Shown piece by piece: positions 28,182 through 36,879 of a DNA stretch of 64,000 bases. The DNA comes from Candidatus Saganbacteria bacterium (lineage in GTDB: Bacteria > Margulisbacteria > WOR-1 > XYC2-FULL-46-14 > WPAF01). The notes beneath the pieces were generated by a model that did not search any database, was not told the origin of the DNA, and saw only the letters and a list, made by a program, of their open reading frames with translations. The first letter of the stretch is position 1, and every line of letters begins with the position of its first letter. The DNA is taken from assembly GCA_016223205.1 (NCBI GenBank), contig JACRPM010000010.1:26441-90440 (forward strand), given 5' to 3'. Position numbers and translations under genes: made by a program.

Positions 28182-29718
28182 TGGAGGGCGGCTTGCTGCT
28201 GATATCGTAGACCACGCGGTTGACGGTGGGCGTTTCATTAACAATTCGATTAGCGATCGTATCCAATAGGTCATAAGGCAATCTGGCCCAATCGGCGGTC
28301 ATGGCGTCGGTTGAGGTCACCGCTCGGATGGCCACCGTATTCAAATAAGTTCTCTTGTCACCCATCACTCCTACGGTCCTGATAGGAAGAAGAACTCCGA
28401 ATGACTGCCAGACCTTCTTGTAAAAGCCGGCTTTCTTGACCTCGGAAACCACGATATCATCCACTTCTTGTAGGATCTTTACACGTTCCGGCGTTACTTC
28501 CCCGATAATGCGGATGGCGAGCCCCGGACCGGGGAACGGCTGGCGGCTGATGATATCTTCCGGAACCCCTAATTCCCTGCCCAACGCTCTAACCTCGTCC
28601 TTGAAAAGTTTTTTAAGCGGCTCCACCAGTTTGAATTTAATATCTTTAGGTAATCCGCCCACATTATGGTGGGTCTTGATGCGCACCGCGGTGGTGGAGG
28701 TGAGGCCCGGCACCGCAGATTCGATCACATCCGGGTAAAGTGTTCCCTGCGCCAGATATGGCATCTTGCCGAGCTTTTTAGCTTCTTCCTCAAAGACCCG
28801 GATGAACTCGTTGCCGATGCGGTGGCGTTTTTCTTCGGGATCGGTAACCCCGCTAAGCTTGTTATAGAACCTTTGGCTGGCGTCGATATGGACGAACTTT
28901 ATCTTGAACCTGGTGGTGAAGATGTCGTTTATCTTTTTGGCCTCGTTCTTGCGCATAAAACCCTGGTCGATGAACATGCAGGTGAGCTGTTTGCCCACGG
29001 CCTTGCTTACCAGAGCGGAGACAGTGGTCGAATCCACCCCGCCCGAAAGCGCGCAGAGGATCTTTTCCTTGCCTACGGTTGCCTTGATCTCTTTGATCGA
29101 TTCCTCAACGAAATTCTTGGTGGTCCAGGTGGGCTTACAGCCGCAGACCACATAAACGAAGTTCTTGATGATCTCAACCCCCGATTCGGTATGCGCCACT
29201 TCGGGATGGAATTGGACGCCGTATAGCTTTTCTTTGGGGTTGCCGATGGCGGCCAGGGGAGTATTTTTGGTGTGGGCCAAGACCTTAAAACCCTTAGGGA
29301 GCTTTACCACGGAATCCCCATGGCTCATCCAGCAGGTCAGATGGTTGGGGAGCCCCGCAAAAAGATTGGTCTCATCATCCACCAAAAGTTCGGTTCGTCC
29401 GTATTCCTTCTTTTTTTCGGGTTTAACCACACCCCCGAGGGCTTTGGCGATCAATTGAGTGCCGTAGCAGATCCCCAAAATGGGTATTCCGGATCTTAAT
29501 AGATTAGGATCGGGGTAGGGGGCGCCTTTGTCGTAAACGGAGGCGGGTCCGCCTGAAATTATGATCCCTTTGACTTTGCGTCGTTTCAGTTCACTTACTG
29601 TGACATTATGAGGCAGGATCTCGCAGTAAACATTGCACTCCCTAACCCGCCGGGCGATGAGCATGGCATACTGCGCCCCAAAATCAAGAACGGCGACCAG
29701 GTCGTGCTTAATGGCCAT
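28165..29718 (-). CDS. guaA: GMP synthase (glutamine-hydrolysing)
   Basis: 517 aa. Class I glutamine amidotransferase domain plus ATP-PPase SGGVDS motif. C-terminal ...PPSTIEWE. Confidence 0.95.
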   Translation of the reverse strand: MAIKHDLVAVLDFGAQYAMLIARRVRECNVYCEILPHNVTVSELKRRKVKGIIISGGPASVYDKGAPYPDPNLLRSGIPILGICYGTQLIAKALGGVVKPEKKKEYGRTELLVDDETNLFAGLPNHLTCWMSHGDSVVKLPKGFKVLAHTKNTPLAAIGNPKEKLYGVQFHPEVAHTESGVEIIKNFVYVVCGCKPTWTTKNFVEESIKEIKATVGKEKILCALSGGVDSTTVSALVSKAVGKQLTCMFIDQGFMRKNEAKKINDIFTTRFKIKFVHIDASQRFYNKLSGVTDPEEKRHRIGNEFIRVFEEEAKKLGKMPYLAQGTLYPDVIESAVPGLTSTTAVRIKTHHNVGGLPKDIKFKLVEPLKKLFKDEVRALGRELGVPEDIISRQPFPGPGLAIRIIGEVTPERVKILQEVDDIVVSEVKKAGFYKKVWQSFGVLLPIRTVGVMGDKRTYLNTVAIRAVTSTDAMTADWARLPYDLLDTIANRIVNETPTVNRVVYDISSKPPSTIEWE

Positions 29719-29724
29719 ATCAAA

Positions 29725-30540
29725 TTATATCATAATAGCGAAATATTTATCGATCGCGCCGACAAAGTAATCTTTCTTGAAATATTCCGCCTCTTCTTTT
29801 TTTTCAAGAAAGAATTGAACGTCGCTCAAGAGACGGGGGAAATTGATCCGGTCGATCCTGCCAAGAAGAAGTTCTTTGGTTTGGGGGCCGTCCAGGTCAA
29901 AATTCTTTCCTTCCGTCTGCGCCGCCGCGTTCGACAATAGCTTGTAATTGATGGGGGTCTTGCGGGTCAAAAACCAGAGCAGATCGTAATAATCCCGGCC
30001 TTTATCATATTTTCTAAACAAGACGGCGTGCAATTTGGAGGCGAACAGGGAATCCGGCTTATAGCAGTTCACTTTGAACAGGAAATTCTTGTTTACCAGC
30101 ACGACTTCGGTTTGATAGCCCCGCGGAGGATTCGAATCTATCTCCAGTTTAATGAACAGTTTTTCGCTCTTTAGTTGAGATAGGCCAAGCTCGTATAACA
30201 GCCCCTTGAAGCGAATGAATTCGCTTAAAACGGTTTTATCCTTGGCTTTCGCCTCCTCCACGGAATAACCGGTTAATTCCAGCTCTTTTTTAGCCGTTTT
30301 GAGAAGCGCGCTAAAATCAAATCCTTTTTTATTAATCAGTGAGAAATCAAGGTCCTCTGAAAATCGCGGCATATCATAAAGAATTCTTAGGGCAGTTCCC
30401 CCGACAAAAGCGAAGTTCTTGAAATAGCCCTTCCTATCCAGGATCTGAAGGATCAGTTCCTGCAGATATTCCCTGGTGAAATTATATTTTTCTTCGTTCG
30501 ATCCCAGGCCTTCAAGTTTTTTCAGCAATATTTCTTTCAT
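29725..30540 (-). CDS. abiEii: AbiEii/AbiGii-family nucleotidyltransferase toxin (type IV toxin-antitoxin / abortive infection)
   Basis: DUF1814 hallmark FVGGTALRILYDMPRFSEDLDFSL. 271 aa. A 4-nt overlap with the upstream AbiEi gene. Confidence 0.75.
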   Translation of the reverse strand: MKEILLKKLEGLGSNEEKYNFTREYLQELILQILDRKGYFKNFAFVGGTALRILYDMPRFSEDLDFSLINKKGFDFSALLKTAKKELELTGYSVEEAKAKDKTVLSEFIRFKGLLYELGLSQLKSEKLFIKLEIDSNPPRGYQTEVVLVNKNFLFKVNCYKPDSLFASKLHAVLFRKYDKGRDYYDLLWFLTRKTPINYKLLSNAAAQTEGKNFDLDGPQTKELLLGRIDRINFPRLLSDVQFFLEKKEEAEYFKKDYFVGAIDKYFAIMI

Positions 30541-31151
30541 TTAAACTGCCCAAGGACTCGATCTAATTTTTTTATATTGAAGCGCCGGGCATATGAAAAA
30601 AGCTTCTTTTTATTCAGGATGGATATATTTTGAAGGCGGAGCGACTGATTGAAATATCCCTTTTTTTTCGGATCGATCTTTCCTAAATTAAGATAGAGAT
30701 AATCAAGCAGGGCTTTTTCCGGCTCGGCAATAAAATAGGGATAGCCCGACTCGTCCTTTTTAGCCATAAAGCCGAAATAGAGCGGGGTTTTTATATGGCG
30801 GTAAACAAAACCGCCTTCCTGGTTGGTGAAGGTCCGGGTCTTGCGGGTCGAAACCGAAGTCACCCTGGTCACTTTTTCCGGGATCATCTTGTAACTGCTT
30901 AAGGCGGATTCGAGGCTGATATAAGAGGGCTGGTAGATGCTGGCGGCCGCCACTTCTTTGGAAAGAGGCGTTTGCATCTCGCTTTTTCCAAGCGTATAAA
31001 GGCCCCTTTTCAATTCCAACAGAAGCCCCTGCTTTTTCCAGCGGGAAAGCTGGTTCCTCATCGTCTTCGGAGAGAGGGAGAAGATCTCCGCAACGTCGCT
31101 TCCGAAGAAGGGCAGCTTTTTGACTTTTTCTTTAAATTCCCTGAAATTCAT
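30537..31151 (-). CDS. abiEi: AbiEi-family antitoxin / transcriptional autoregulator
   Basis: N-terminal winged-HTH region with a conserved RGLY motif (LKRGLYTL). 204 aa. Immediately upstream of the AbiEii gene. Confidence 0.7.
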   Translation of the reverse strand: MNFREFKEKVKKLPFFGSDVAEIFSLSPKTMRNQLSRWKKQGLLLELKRGLYTLGKSEMQTPLSKEVAAASIYQPSYISLESALSSYKMIPEKVTRVTSVSTRKTRTFTNQEGGFVYRHIKTPLYFGFMAKKDESGYPYFIAEPEKALLDYLYLNLGKIDPKKKGYFNQSLRLQNISILNKKKLFSYARRFNIKKLDRVLGQFK

Positions 31152-31164
31152 GTCGTTTCCTTAA

Positions 31165-31225
31165 ATAATCATAAATGATTATATGTGGAAATAATAGCAG
31201 GTAGAGATCGGTTGTCAAGGCCCAA
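31165..31225 (-). promoter_or_regulatory. Promoter (TTGACA-N16-TATTAT on the minus strand) plus perfect palindromic operator ATAATCAT-TT-ATGATTAT (31165-31182) upstream of abiEi
   Basis: -35 and -10 hexamers read on the minus strand. The 8-bp-arm palindrome sits between the -10 element and the AAGGAAA ribosome-binding site. AbiEi proteins are known to autoregulate via inverted repeats. Confidence 0.4.
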
Positions 31226-31237
31226 GGGGGGGATTTA

Positions 31238-32398
31238 TTACTTATACATCCCCAACTGCTGGGCTTTCTGATAAACCTTGCCTTCGGTAAGGAGCGAAGG
31301 GGCGATGACCACTTCCACCTGCTGCATTTCCTTGAGATTAGCAGCGCCCAGGGTGCCCATCGAGGTCCTTAGCGCTCCTGCCAGGTTCATGGAGCCGTCA
31401 TCATATTTAGCCGGGCCTAAAAGTATTTCCTTAAGCGTCCCGATCGTTCCAACTTTGATCCTGGAGCCGCGGGGCAGCAGTGGGGAAGGGGTGGCCATCC
31501 CCCAGTGGAAGCCCTTGCCGGGAGCTTCTTCCGCCTTGGCGATGGGGGAGCCCATCATTACCAGGTCGGCTCCGCAGGCGATGCATTTGCAGACATCTCC
31601 GCCGGTGACCAGCCCCCCATCGGCGATGATGGGGACATATTTACCGTTTTCCTTATAATAAGAATCGCGGGCGGCAGCGCAATCAGAGATAGCGGTTGCC
31701 ATAGGAACGCCGACGCCCAATACTCCGCGAGAAGTACAGGCGGCGCCGGGGCCAATGCCCACCAGCACCCCGGCTACCCCGGTCCCCATCAAGGTCAAAG
31801 CCACTTCATAGGTGACACAGTTGCCCACCAAAACCGGGATCCCCATCATTTGGCAGAATTCAGCCAGGTGCAGGGGCTCGCTGCTCTTGGATTTATGCTT
31901 GGTGGAGATGACGGTGGATTGCAGGACGAACATGTCCACCCCGGCTTTTTTGGTTATCGGGCCCAGCCAGGCGGCATCCTGGGGGATAGAGGAGACCGCG
32001 CATTTGGCTTTGGCGGCTTTGATTTCCTTGATGCGTTTGGTCACCAGCTCTTCCTTAATAGGTTCAAGATAAAGTTTTTGCATCAGCGGCACATATTCGT
32101 CCTTGCTTACTTTAGATATCTGTTCGAGCTGGGCTTCGGCGTTTTCGTACCTGGTCCAAAGGCCCTGCAGGTTCAAGACCCCCAAACCGCCATATTGGCT
32201 CATTAAAATGGCGGTCTGGGGGCTAACCACCCCGTCCATGGCGGAGGCGATGATCGGGATCGCCAGCTTGTAATTGCCCAAATTGGCGCTGATATCGGTA
32301 TCGTCCGGATTGATGGTGATAATGCTGGGACAAAGCGCGATCTCATCCAGTCCGTAAGTCCGGCGGGTCTTTTTACCTTTTCCCAGTTCAATTTCCAT
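31238..32398 (-). CDS. guaB: IMP dehydrogenase family protein (CBS-domain-less form)
   Basis: 386 aa TIM-barrel. Catalytic loop GIGPGAACTSRGVLGVG. No CBS pair. Lies upstream of guaA, with the AbiE pair inserted between them. Confidence 0.7.
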   Translation of the reverse strand: MEIELGKGKKTRRTYGLDEIALCPSIITINPDDTDISANLGNYKLAIPIIASAMDGVVSPQTAILMSQYGGLGVLNLQGLWTRYENAEAQLEQISKVSKDEYVPLMQKLYLEPIKEELVTKRIKEIKAAKAKCAVSSIPQDAAWLGPITKKAGVDMFVLQSTVISTKHKSKSSEPLHLAEFCQMMGIPVLVGNCVTYEVALTLMGTGVAGVLVGIGPGAACTSRGVLGVGVPMATAISDCAAARDSYYKENGKYVPIIADGGLVTGGDVCKCIACGADLVMMGSPIAKAEEAPGKGFHWGMATPSPLLPRGSRIKVGTIGTLKEILLGPAKYDDGSMNLAGALRTSMGTLGAANLKEMQQVEVVIAPSLLTEGKVYQKAQQLGMYK

Positions 32399-32401
32399 TT
32401 T

Positions 32402-33460
32402 TTACTCCTGTGGCCTTTCCCCGATCTTGCCGCCCAGATTCAAGTTTTTCCCATCGCGGTATATCATAAAAGTTATCCGGTCGCCGGGCTTCTTGCCGGC
32501 GACGAGCTTTTGGATATCTTCACTGGCCTTGATCTTTTGGCCGTCGACTTCTTTGACCAGGTCATACTGCTTGATGCCGATCTTTTCAGCCGGGCCGTCT
32601 TTTATGACCTCGGTAATGACCACGCCTTCGGCCAGCGGCAGGTCCAGATAGGCCTTGATCTTTTCGTCCACATTGCGCATATAGATCCCCAGCCAGGGGC
32701 GGATCACTTTACCTTTGTTTATCAGGTCTTCTTTTATCTCGCGGGCTTCATCGATGGGGATGGCAAACCCGATGCCCTGGGCCTGGGCCACGATGGCCAC
32801 ATTGATGCCGATGACCTTCCCGTCCAGGTCGATCAGGGGACCGCCGGAATTGCCGGGATTGATGGCGGCATCGGTCTGGATAAGGTCTTTTTTCCCTAAT
32901 TCTCCCAGTGTCCGGCCGATGGCGCTGACGATGCCGGCCGTCACCGTGTTGCTGAACCCATAAGGATTGCCGATGGCGATCACCCATTCTCCTACTCTTA
33001 TCCGGCTTGAATCCCCCATGGTTAGAACCGGCAGGTTGTGAGCATCGACTTTAACTACCGCAACATCTAAAGTAGAGTCGGAGCCGACCACCTTGCCGTC
33101 AAATGAGCGGCCGTCCTTTAGGGTGACCTTGATCTTATCCGCGCCCTTGACCACATGGGCGTTAGTGAAGATATAGCCCTCTTTATCTATAATGAAACCG
33201 GAGCCCGCTCCCTTAAGCGGGACCATGCGGTCCTCAAAGTAGCGTTTGAACTCCGGGTCCATCTCAAAGCCGAAGCCGAAATCGAAATCCTTGAAAGGAT
33301 TAAAGATGCGCTGGCGCTCCATCTTGACCACATCGATATTGACCACCGCGGGGCCTACCTGCTCCACGATATCGGCTATCATAATCGGCAGCTGGGCGAG
33401 CGAGGGGCAGGCGCACAGAAAATAAAAAAGGGCTCCTAAGATCGCAATTCTTTTTGCCAT
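32402..33460 (-). CDS. htrA: HtrA/DegP-family periplasmic serine protease with one PDZ domain
   Basis: Signal peptide. Catalytic triad context TNAHVV ... D ... GNSGGPLIDLDGKVIGIN. C-terminal PDZ domain. Confidence 0.85.
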   Translation of the reverse strand: MAKRIAILGALFYFLCACPSLAQLPIMIADIVEQVGPAVVNIDVVKMERQRIFNPFKDFDFGFGFEMDPEFKRYFEDRMVPLKGAGSGFIIDKEGYIFTNAHVVKGADKIKVTLKDGRSFDGKVVGSDSTLDVAVVKVDAHNLPVLTMGDSSRIRVGEWVIAIGNPYGFSNTVTAGIVSAIGRTLGELGKKDLIQTDAAINPGNSGGPLIDLDGKVIGINVAIVAQAQGIGFAIPIDEAREIKEDLINKGKVIRPWLGIYMRNVDEKIKAYLDLPLAEGVVITEVIKDGPAEKIGIKQYDLVKEVDGQKIKASEDIQKLVAGKKPGDRITFMIYRDGKNLNLGGKIGERPQE

Positions 33461-33480
33461 AAAATTAGTTGGTCATTCTA

Positions 33481-33729
33481 TCATTTTTTGGGGCGCTTCG
33501 CAAGACGGGACTTGTGGCGCTTGGCGGTCTCCATCATCTTCTCGAATTCTTTTAAGATCGGCTCGGGGACCCAGATCTCGCCGCACTGCTCGCAGACCAT
33601 GGCCGGCACGTTCTCCATGAGATAGAGTTTGCCGCCCTCGAGCTCTTCCAGGTTCACCTTTTCGGGCTTAAGCTCGCCCCCGCAGGCCTCGCACGTCCCC
33701 TCCGCTTCTTCAAATAATTCTTCGCTCAA
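33481..33729 (-). CDS. YgiT-type zinc-ribbon protein (CxxC...CxxC), 82 aa, TTG start
   Basis: CEACGGELKP...(27 aa)...CEQCGEIW. Basic C-terminal tail RHKSRLAKRPKK. Confidence 0.4.
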   Translation of the reverse strand: MSEELFEEAEGTCEACGGELKPEKVNLEELEGGKLYLMENVPAMVCEQCGEIWVPEPILKEFEKMMETAKRHKSRLAKRPKK

Positions 33730-33738
33730 GTTATCTTG

Positions 33739-33788
33739 ATTATACAGGTCGAAATTTGGCTTGACAAGCCTTACCTATATGTTATAGT
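33739..33788. promoter_or_regulatory. Back-to-back divergent promoters sharing the near-palindromic -35 GGCTTGACAAGCC (33758-33770)
   Basis: + strand: TTGACA-N16-TATAGT, then GGGAGG ribosome-binding site, then ATG 33819. Minus strand: TTGTCA-N17-TATAAT, then TTG start 33729. Confidence 0.35.
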
Positions 33789-33818
33789 TCGGCGTTGAAA
33801 GACCCAATAGGGAGGTAA

Positions 33819-34460
33819 TTGATGAAAAAATTCGTGGGCCTCATGATCCTTTCCTGTTTCGTCGTTTCCCTCGCAGTCGCCTCATTTGCCCAGAGCCAGG
33901 AGCGCATCAGCAAACTCGAACGCGAGATCAGCAAGCTGGAATCCACTTTAGCTAAGACCAAGAACCGCACCCAACGCCTGCGTCTGCAAAAAACCATCAA
34001 CGATTATAAGAAGGAGGTCGCCGAGCTGAAGAAGGAAATGTCGCCGGCAGCGGCTTCTTCTATGGCCGCAGGCCCAAGCGGGCCGGCCGCTCCCAAGACC
34101 CTGATGGTAAAAGGCGGTCTGGCGGGAGGAGCGGGACTGATCGCGGGCGAATTCTTTATGCCGATGGGCCCGATGAACGTGGGCGGGGAGCTGGGATATG
34201 CCATCGGCAGCAACTTCGGCATCATCGATGCCGGGGTCAAGGCGACTTACTCGCTGGGCATGCCCTTTGTTGGGTTGGAAATCAGCTACGCGGGCTATTC
34301 TAAGGATGTTACCAATGTCCCAGGACTGTCCGGCACGATCAAGAGCGGGATAGGGTTGGGCTTAGTAGGGGGCACCAACATAGGTCCGGTGCTGGCTCAA
34401 GTGGGTTATAACACCATTTTCGGCCTCCGCGCGGATGCCGGATACCGGATCAAGATATAA
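33819..34460 (+). CDS. Secreted coiled-coil / Gly-rich beta-rich protein (possible small OM protein)
   Basis: Signal peptide MMKKFVGLMILSCFVVSLAVASFA. Heptad-like KLEREISKLESTLAK. Gly-rich C-terminal half ending ...YRIKI. Confidence 0.35.
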   Translation: MMKKFVGLMILSCFVVSLAVASFAQSQERISKLEREISKLESTLAKTKNRTQRLRLQKTINDYKKEVAELKKEMSPAAASSMAAGPSGPAAPKTLMVKGGLAGGAGLIAGEFFMPMGPMNVGGELGYAIGSNFGIIDAGVKATYSLGMPFVGLEISYAGYSKDVTNVPGLSGTIKSGIGLGLVGGTNIGPVLAQVGYNTIFGLRADAGYRIKI

Positions 34461-34475
34461 TAAGGGAGGGAAAAC

Positions 34476-35735
34476 ATGAAAAAAGCGTTAGTATTTAGTT
34501 TGGTCTTATTCGTTGGGGTTACTATATTATTATTTGGTTGCGCTAAAGTGGTGGACACCACTTCTAGTTCCAGACTACCTGCAGGAGTGGCAGTAGGAAG
34601 CCCTATTTCCTCGCCCGAAGCCACAATTACCGGAGCAGTGGCAACTTCAGGTGGGGCAGTAAGACTAAATCTGGGCGGCATTATTCCGACCGGAGCTTCG
34701 AGTTCGGTTTCGATCGACCTTAGTCGTATGTCGGTTTATGCGGCTGCCGGGTCTCATGCTTCCGGGCTTTCGGCTTCAGATACCGCATCCTGGACGGCTC
34801 TTTCAACCGGATTTTATAGTGGTTCGGCCTCACCCATAGATGTTGTTTTTGTTCTGGATAACACCGGCAGTATGGGGGAAGAAATTACCGCGGTCAAAAA
34901 CAGCATTGTGGCTTTTGCCACCACGCTGGAAGCGGCAGGAGTGGATGCCAAATTTGCCCTGGTAACCTATGGCGACAGCGCCCTGCACCCCACACCCGCG
35001 GGCTTCATCACCAGCGAAAGTTTTACTGATGCATCCTTTATCAGACCGATCCTCGATCTAAGCACTGCCGCTAGATTGCAGGCCACGCTGGAAAGCGTAA
35101 CTGCGGACGGTGGAAGCGATACTCCGGAAAATCCGTTTGATTGCACAAAATGGGCTCTTCACACTAATGATACCACTGGAGCGCTTGATAACCTTACCTG
35201 GAGAGCCGGAGCTCAAAAGATATTTGTTATTATTACAGATGCCAGCGCCCATCAAAATATAGCCGCGGATACCAGCTCCGATAACAAATGCACTACTACT
35301 GCCACGCTTGAAGTTGCGCGTATGAGGAACTTCAATGCCAAGGTCTACGCCGTAAGCCCCAATTACACTTCGTCCCTGTCTCCCTACGCGGATGTTCGCA
35401 TGCTGGCGGACGGATTTGGAGAGGGAAGGACCACGGCGGAGGCGGTGACTTATACCAGCGGCGGACAATGGATCAGATTGCCCTCCGATGGCAATGTTGA
35501 CCTGACCGAACTGGGAATTTCAGACACTTTAACCGCCGGGCGTACAATTAACCTGTCAGGATATACCTTTGCCAATGGAACGGTTTATACCTTAATCGTT
35601 TATTACGACGTGACCGGTGACGGCATATTGGATAGCTACGCATATTTTGTGTTCACCTATTCATCTACCGCCGGCGCTTTGGGCATTCAGGGTAAACTGG
35701 TACCGATCGACGATCATCGACCCAGCTACAACTAG
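34476..35735 (+). CDS. Lipoprotein with von Willebrand factor A domain
   Basis: Signal peptide with lipobox-like LLFGC. vWA MIDAS context IDVVFVLDNTGSMGEEI...ALVTYGD. Confidence 0.6.
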   Translation: MKKALVFSLVLFVGVTILLFGCAKVVDTTSSSRLPAGVAVGSPISSPEATITGAVATSGGAVRLNLGGIIPTGASSSVSIDLSRMSVYAAAGSHASGLSASDTASWTALSTGFYSGSASPIDVVFVLDNTGSMGEEITAVKNSIVAFATTLEAAGVDAKFALVTYGDSALHPTPAGFITSESFTDASFIRPILDLSTAARLQATLESVTADGGSDTPENPFDCTKWALHTNDTTGALDNLTWRAGAQKIFVIITDASAHQNIAADTSSDNKCTTTATLEVARMRNFNAKVYAVSPNYTSSLSPYADVRMLADGFGEGRTTAEAVTYTSGGQWIRLPSDGNVDLTELGISDTLTAGRTINLSGYTFANGTVYTLIVYYDVTGDGILDSYAYFVFTYSSTAGALGIQGKLVPIDDHRPSYN

Positions 35736-35749
35736 CCCGCGGATCAAGA

Positions 35750-35785
35750 ACGGCCCCGGCTTGCAAGCCGGGGCCGTTTCATTTA
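35750..35785 (+). terminator. Rho-independent terminator: perfect 14+14 palindrome ACGGCCCCGGCTTG/CAAGCCGGGGCCGT followed by TTTCATTT
   Basis: GC-rich 28-nt perfect palindrome followed by a T-rich tract, 15 nt after the stop of the vWA gene. Confidence 0.6.
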
Positions 35786-35789
35786 ATAT

Positions 35790-35858
35790 ATGACCATGCC
35801 AAAGACCATCGTCATCATGCCCGCCTATAACGCCGAGAAGATATTAAAAAATGAATAA
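35790..35858 (+). pseudogene. Orphan 5' fragment of the GT2 glycosyltransferase gene (MTMPKTIVIMPAYNAEKILKNE*), displaced by insertion of the DUF1016 gene
   Basis: 33 nt TCGTCATCATGCCCGCCTATAACGCCGAGAAGA are identical at 35808-35840 and 36887-36919. The fragment carries the ATG start and first 17 codons of the gene that continues at 36872. Confidence 0.55.
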
Positions 35859-36879
35859 AAAAATCAGCAAAGAGAGCAAGTATCATAAACTGATAGATTC
35901 GATTGGGGCGCTTCTGCAACAGGCGCGACAAAAAGCGTTTCAGCAGATTAATAATTTAATCGTGAAAACCTATTGGGAAATCGGCAGGTATATAGTAGTT
36001 TATGAGCAGGAAAACAAGGTTAAAGCGGAATATGGCTCGAAATTGCTGGACAAAATCGCTTATGATCTGAAAGGGAGATACGGGAAGGGTTTTAGCCGAA
36101 GCAATGTCGTATACATGAGATTGCTGTATCTTAAATACCCCAAAAGTCAGACACTGTCTGACCAATTGAGCTGGAGTCATTACGTTGAGCTGTTGGGGGT
36201 TTCAGATGATCTGGCTCGCTCTTTTTATGAAAAAGAATGTCTTGTTAACCGCTGGAGCGTAAGAGAGCTGGAAAGACAAATTAATTCTATGCTTTTTGAG
36301 CGTCTGGCACTAAGCAAAGACAAGCAAGGCGTGCTGGCGCTGGCTGCCAAGGGCCACAAAATAGAGAAAGCCGAGGACGTAGTCAAAAACCCATATATTC
36401 TGGAATTTCTGGGTATACCGGAAGATTATCGCTATTCCGAAAAAGAGCTCGAACAAAAAGTCATCGATAATATGCAAAACTTCTTGCTTGAGCTGGGTAA
36501 AGGATTTACTTTCGTGGCGCGCCAGTATCGCCTCACATTAAACAATAAGCATTTCCATGTTGACCTGGTTTTTTATCATCGGATTTTGAAATGCTTTGTT
36601 TTGATCGATCTAAAACTGGGAGCGATTACCCATTATGATATAGGGCAAATGAATATGTATCTAAATTATTTCAAGAAAGAAGAAATGGCCGAAGATGATA
36701 ATGAGCCGATAGGTATTGTTTTAGGCGCCGAGAAGAAGCATATTTTGGTTGAATATGCTTTAGGCGGAATTTCCAACAAACTTTTCGCTTCAAAATACCA
36801 GCTATCACTGCCCAACAAATATCTTTTGCAGAAAGCGGTCGAAAATATTATAACTCGCGAGAAAAAACACCGTGCTTAA
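35851..36879 (+). CDS. PDDEXK-nuclease-fold protein, DUF1016 / YhcG family
   Basis: 342 aa. Core FHVDLVFYHRILKCFVLIDLKLG (D...D/ExK-like) typical of YhcG. Lies inside a roughly 1.05 kb insertion bounded by the 33-bp direct repeats. Confidence 0.7.
   Translation: MNKKISKESKYHKLIDSIGALLQQARQKAFQQINNLIVKTYWEIGRYIVVYEQENKVKAEYGSKLLDKIAYDLKGRYGKGFSRSNVVYMRLLYLKYPKSQTLSDQLSWSHYVELLGVSDDLARSFYEKECLVNRWSVRELERQINSMLFERLALSKDKQGVLALAAKGHKIEKAEDVVKNPYILEFLGIPEDYRYSEKELEQKVIDNMQNFLLELGKGFTFVARQYRLTLNNKHFHVDLVFYHRILKCFVLIDLKLGAITHYDIGQMNMYLNYFKKEEMAEDDNEPIGIVLGAEKKHILVEYALGGISNKLFASKYQLSLPNKYLLQKAVENIITREKKHRA

Noticed and set aside
31505-32206. Plus-strand ORF 31505..32206 (233 aa) inside the guaB-like gene
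   Set aside because: Antisense to the IMPDH-family gene, which carries the catalytic Cys loop. No recognisable motifs.
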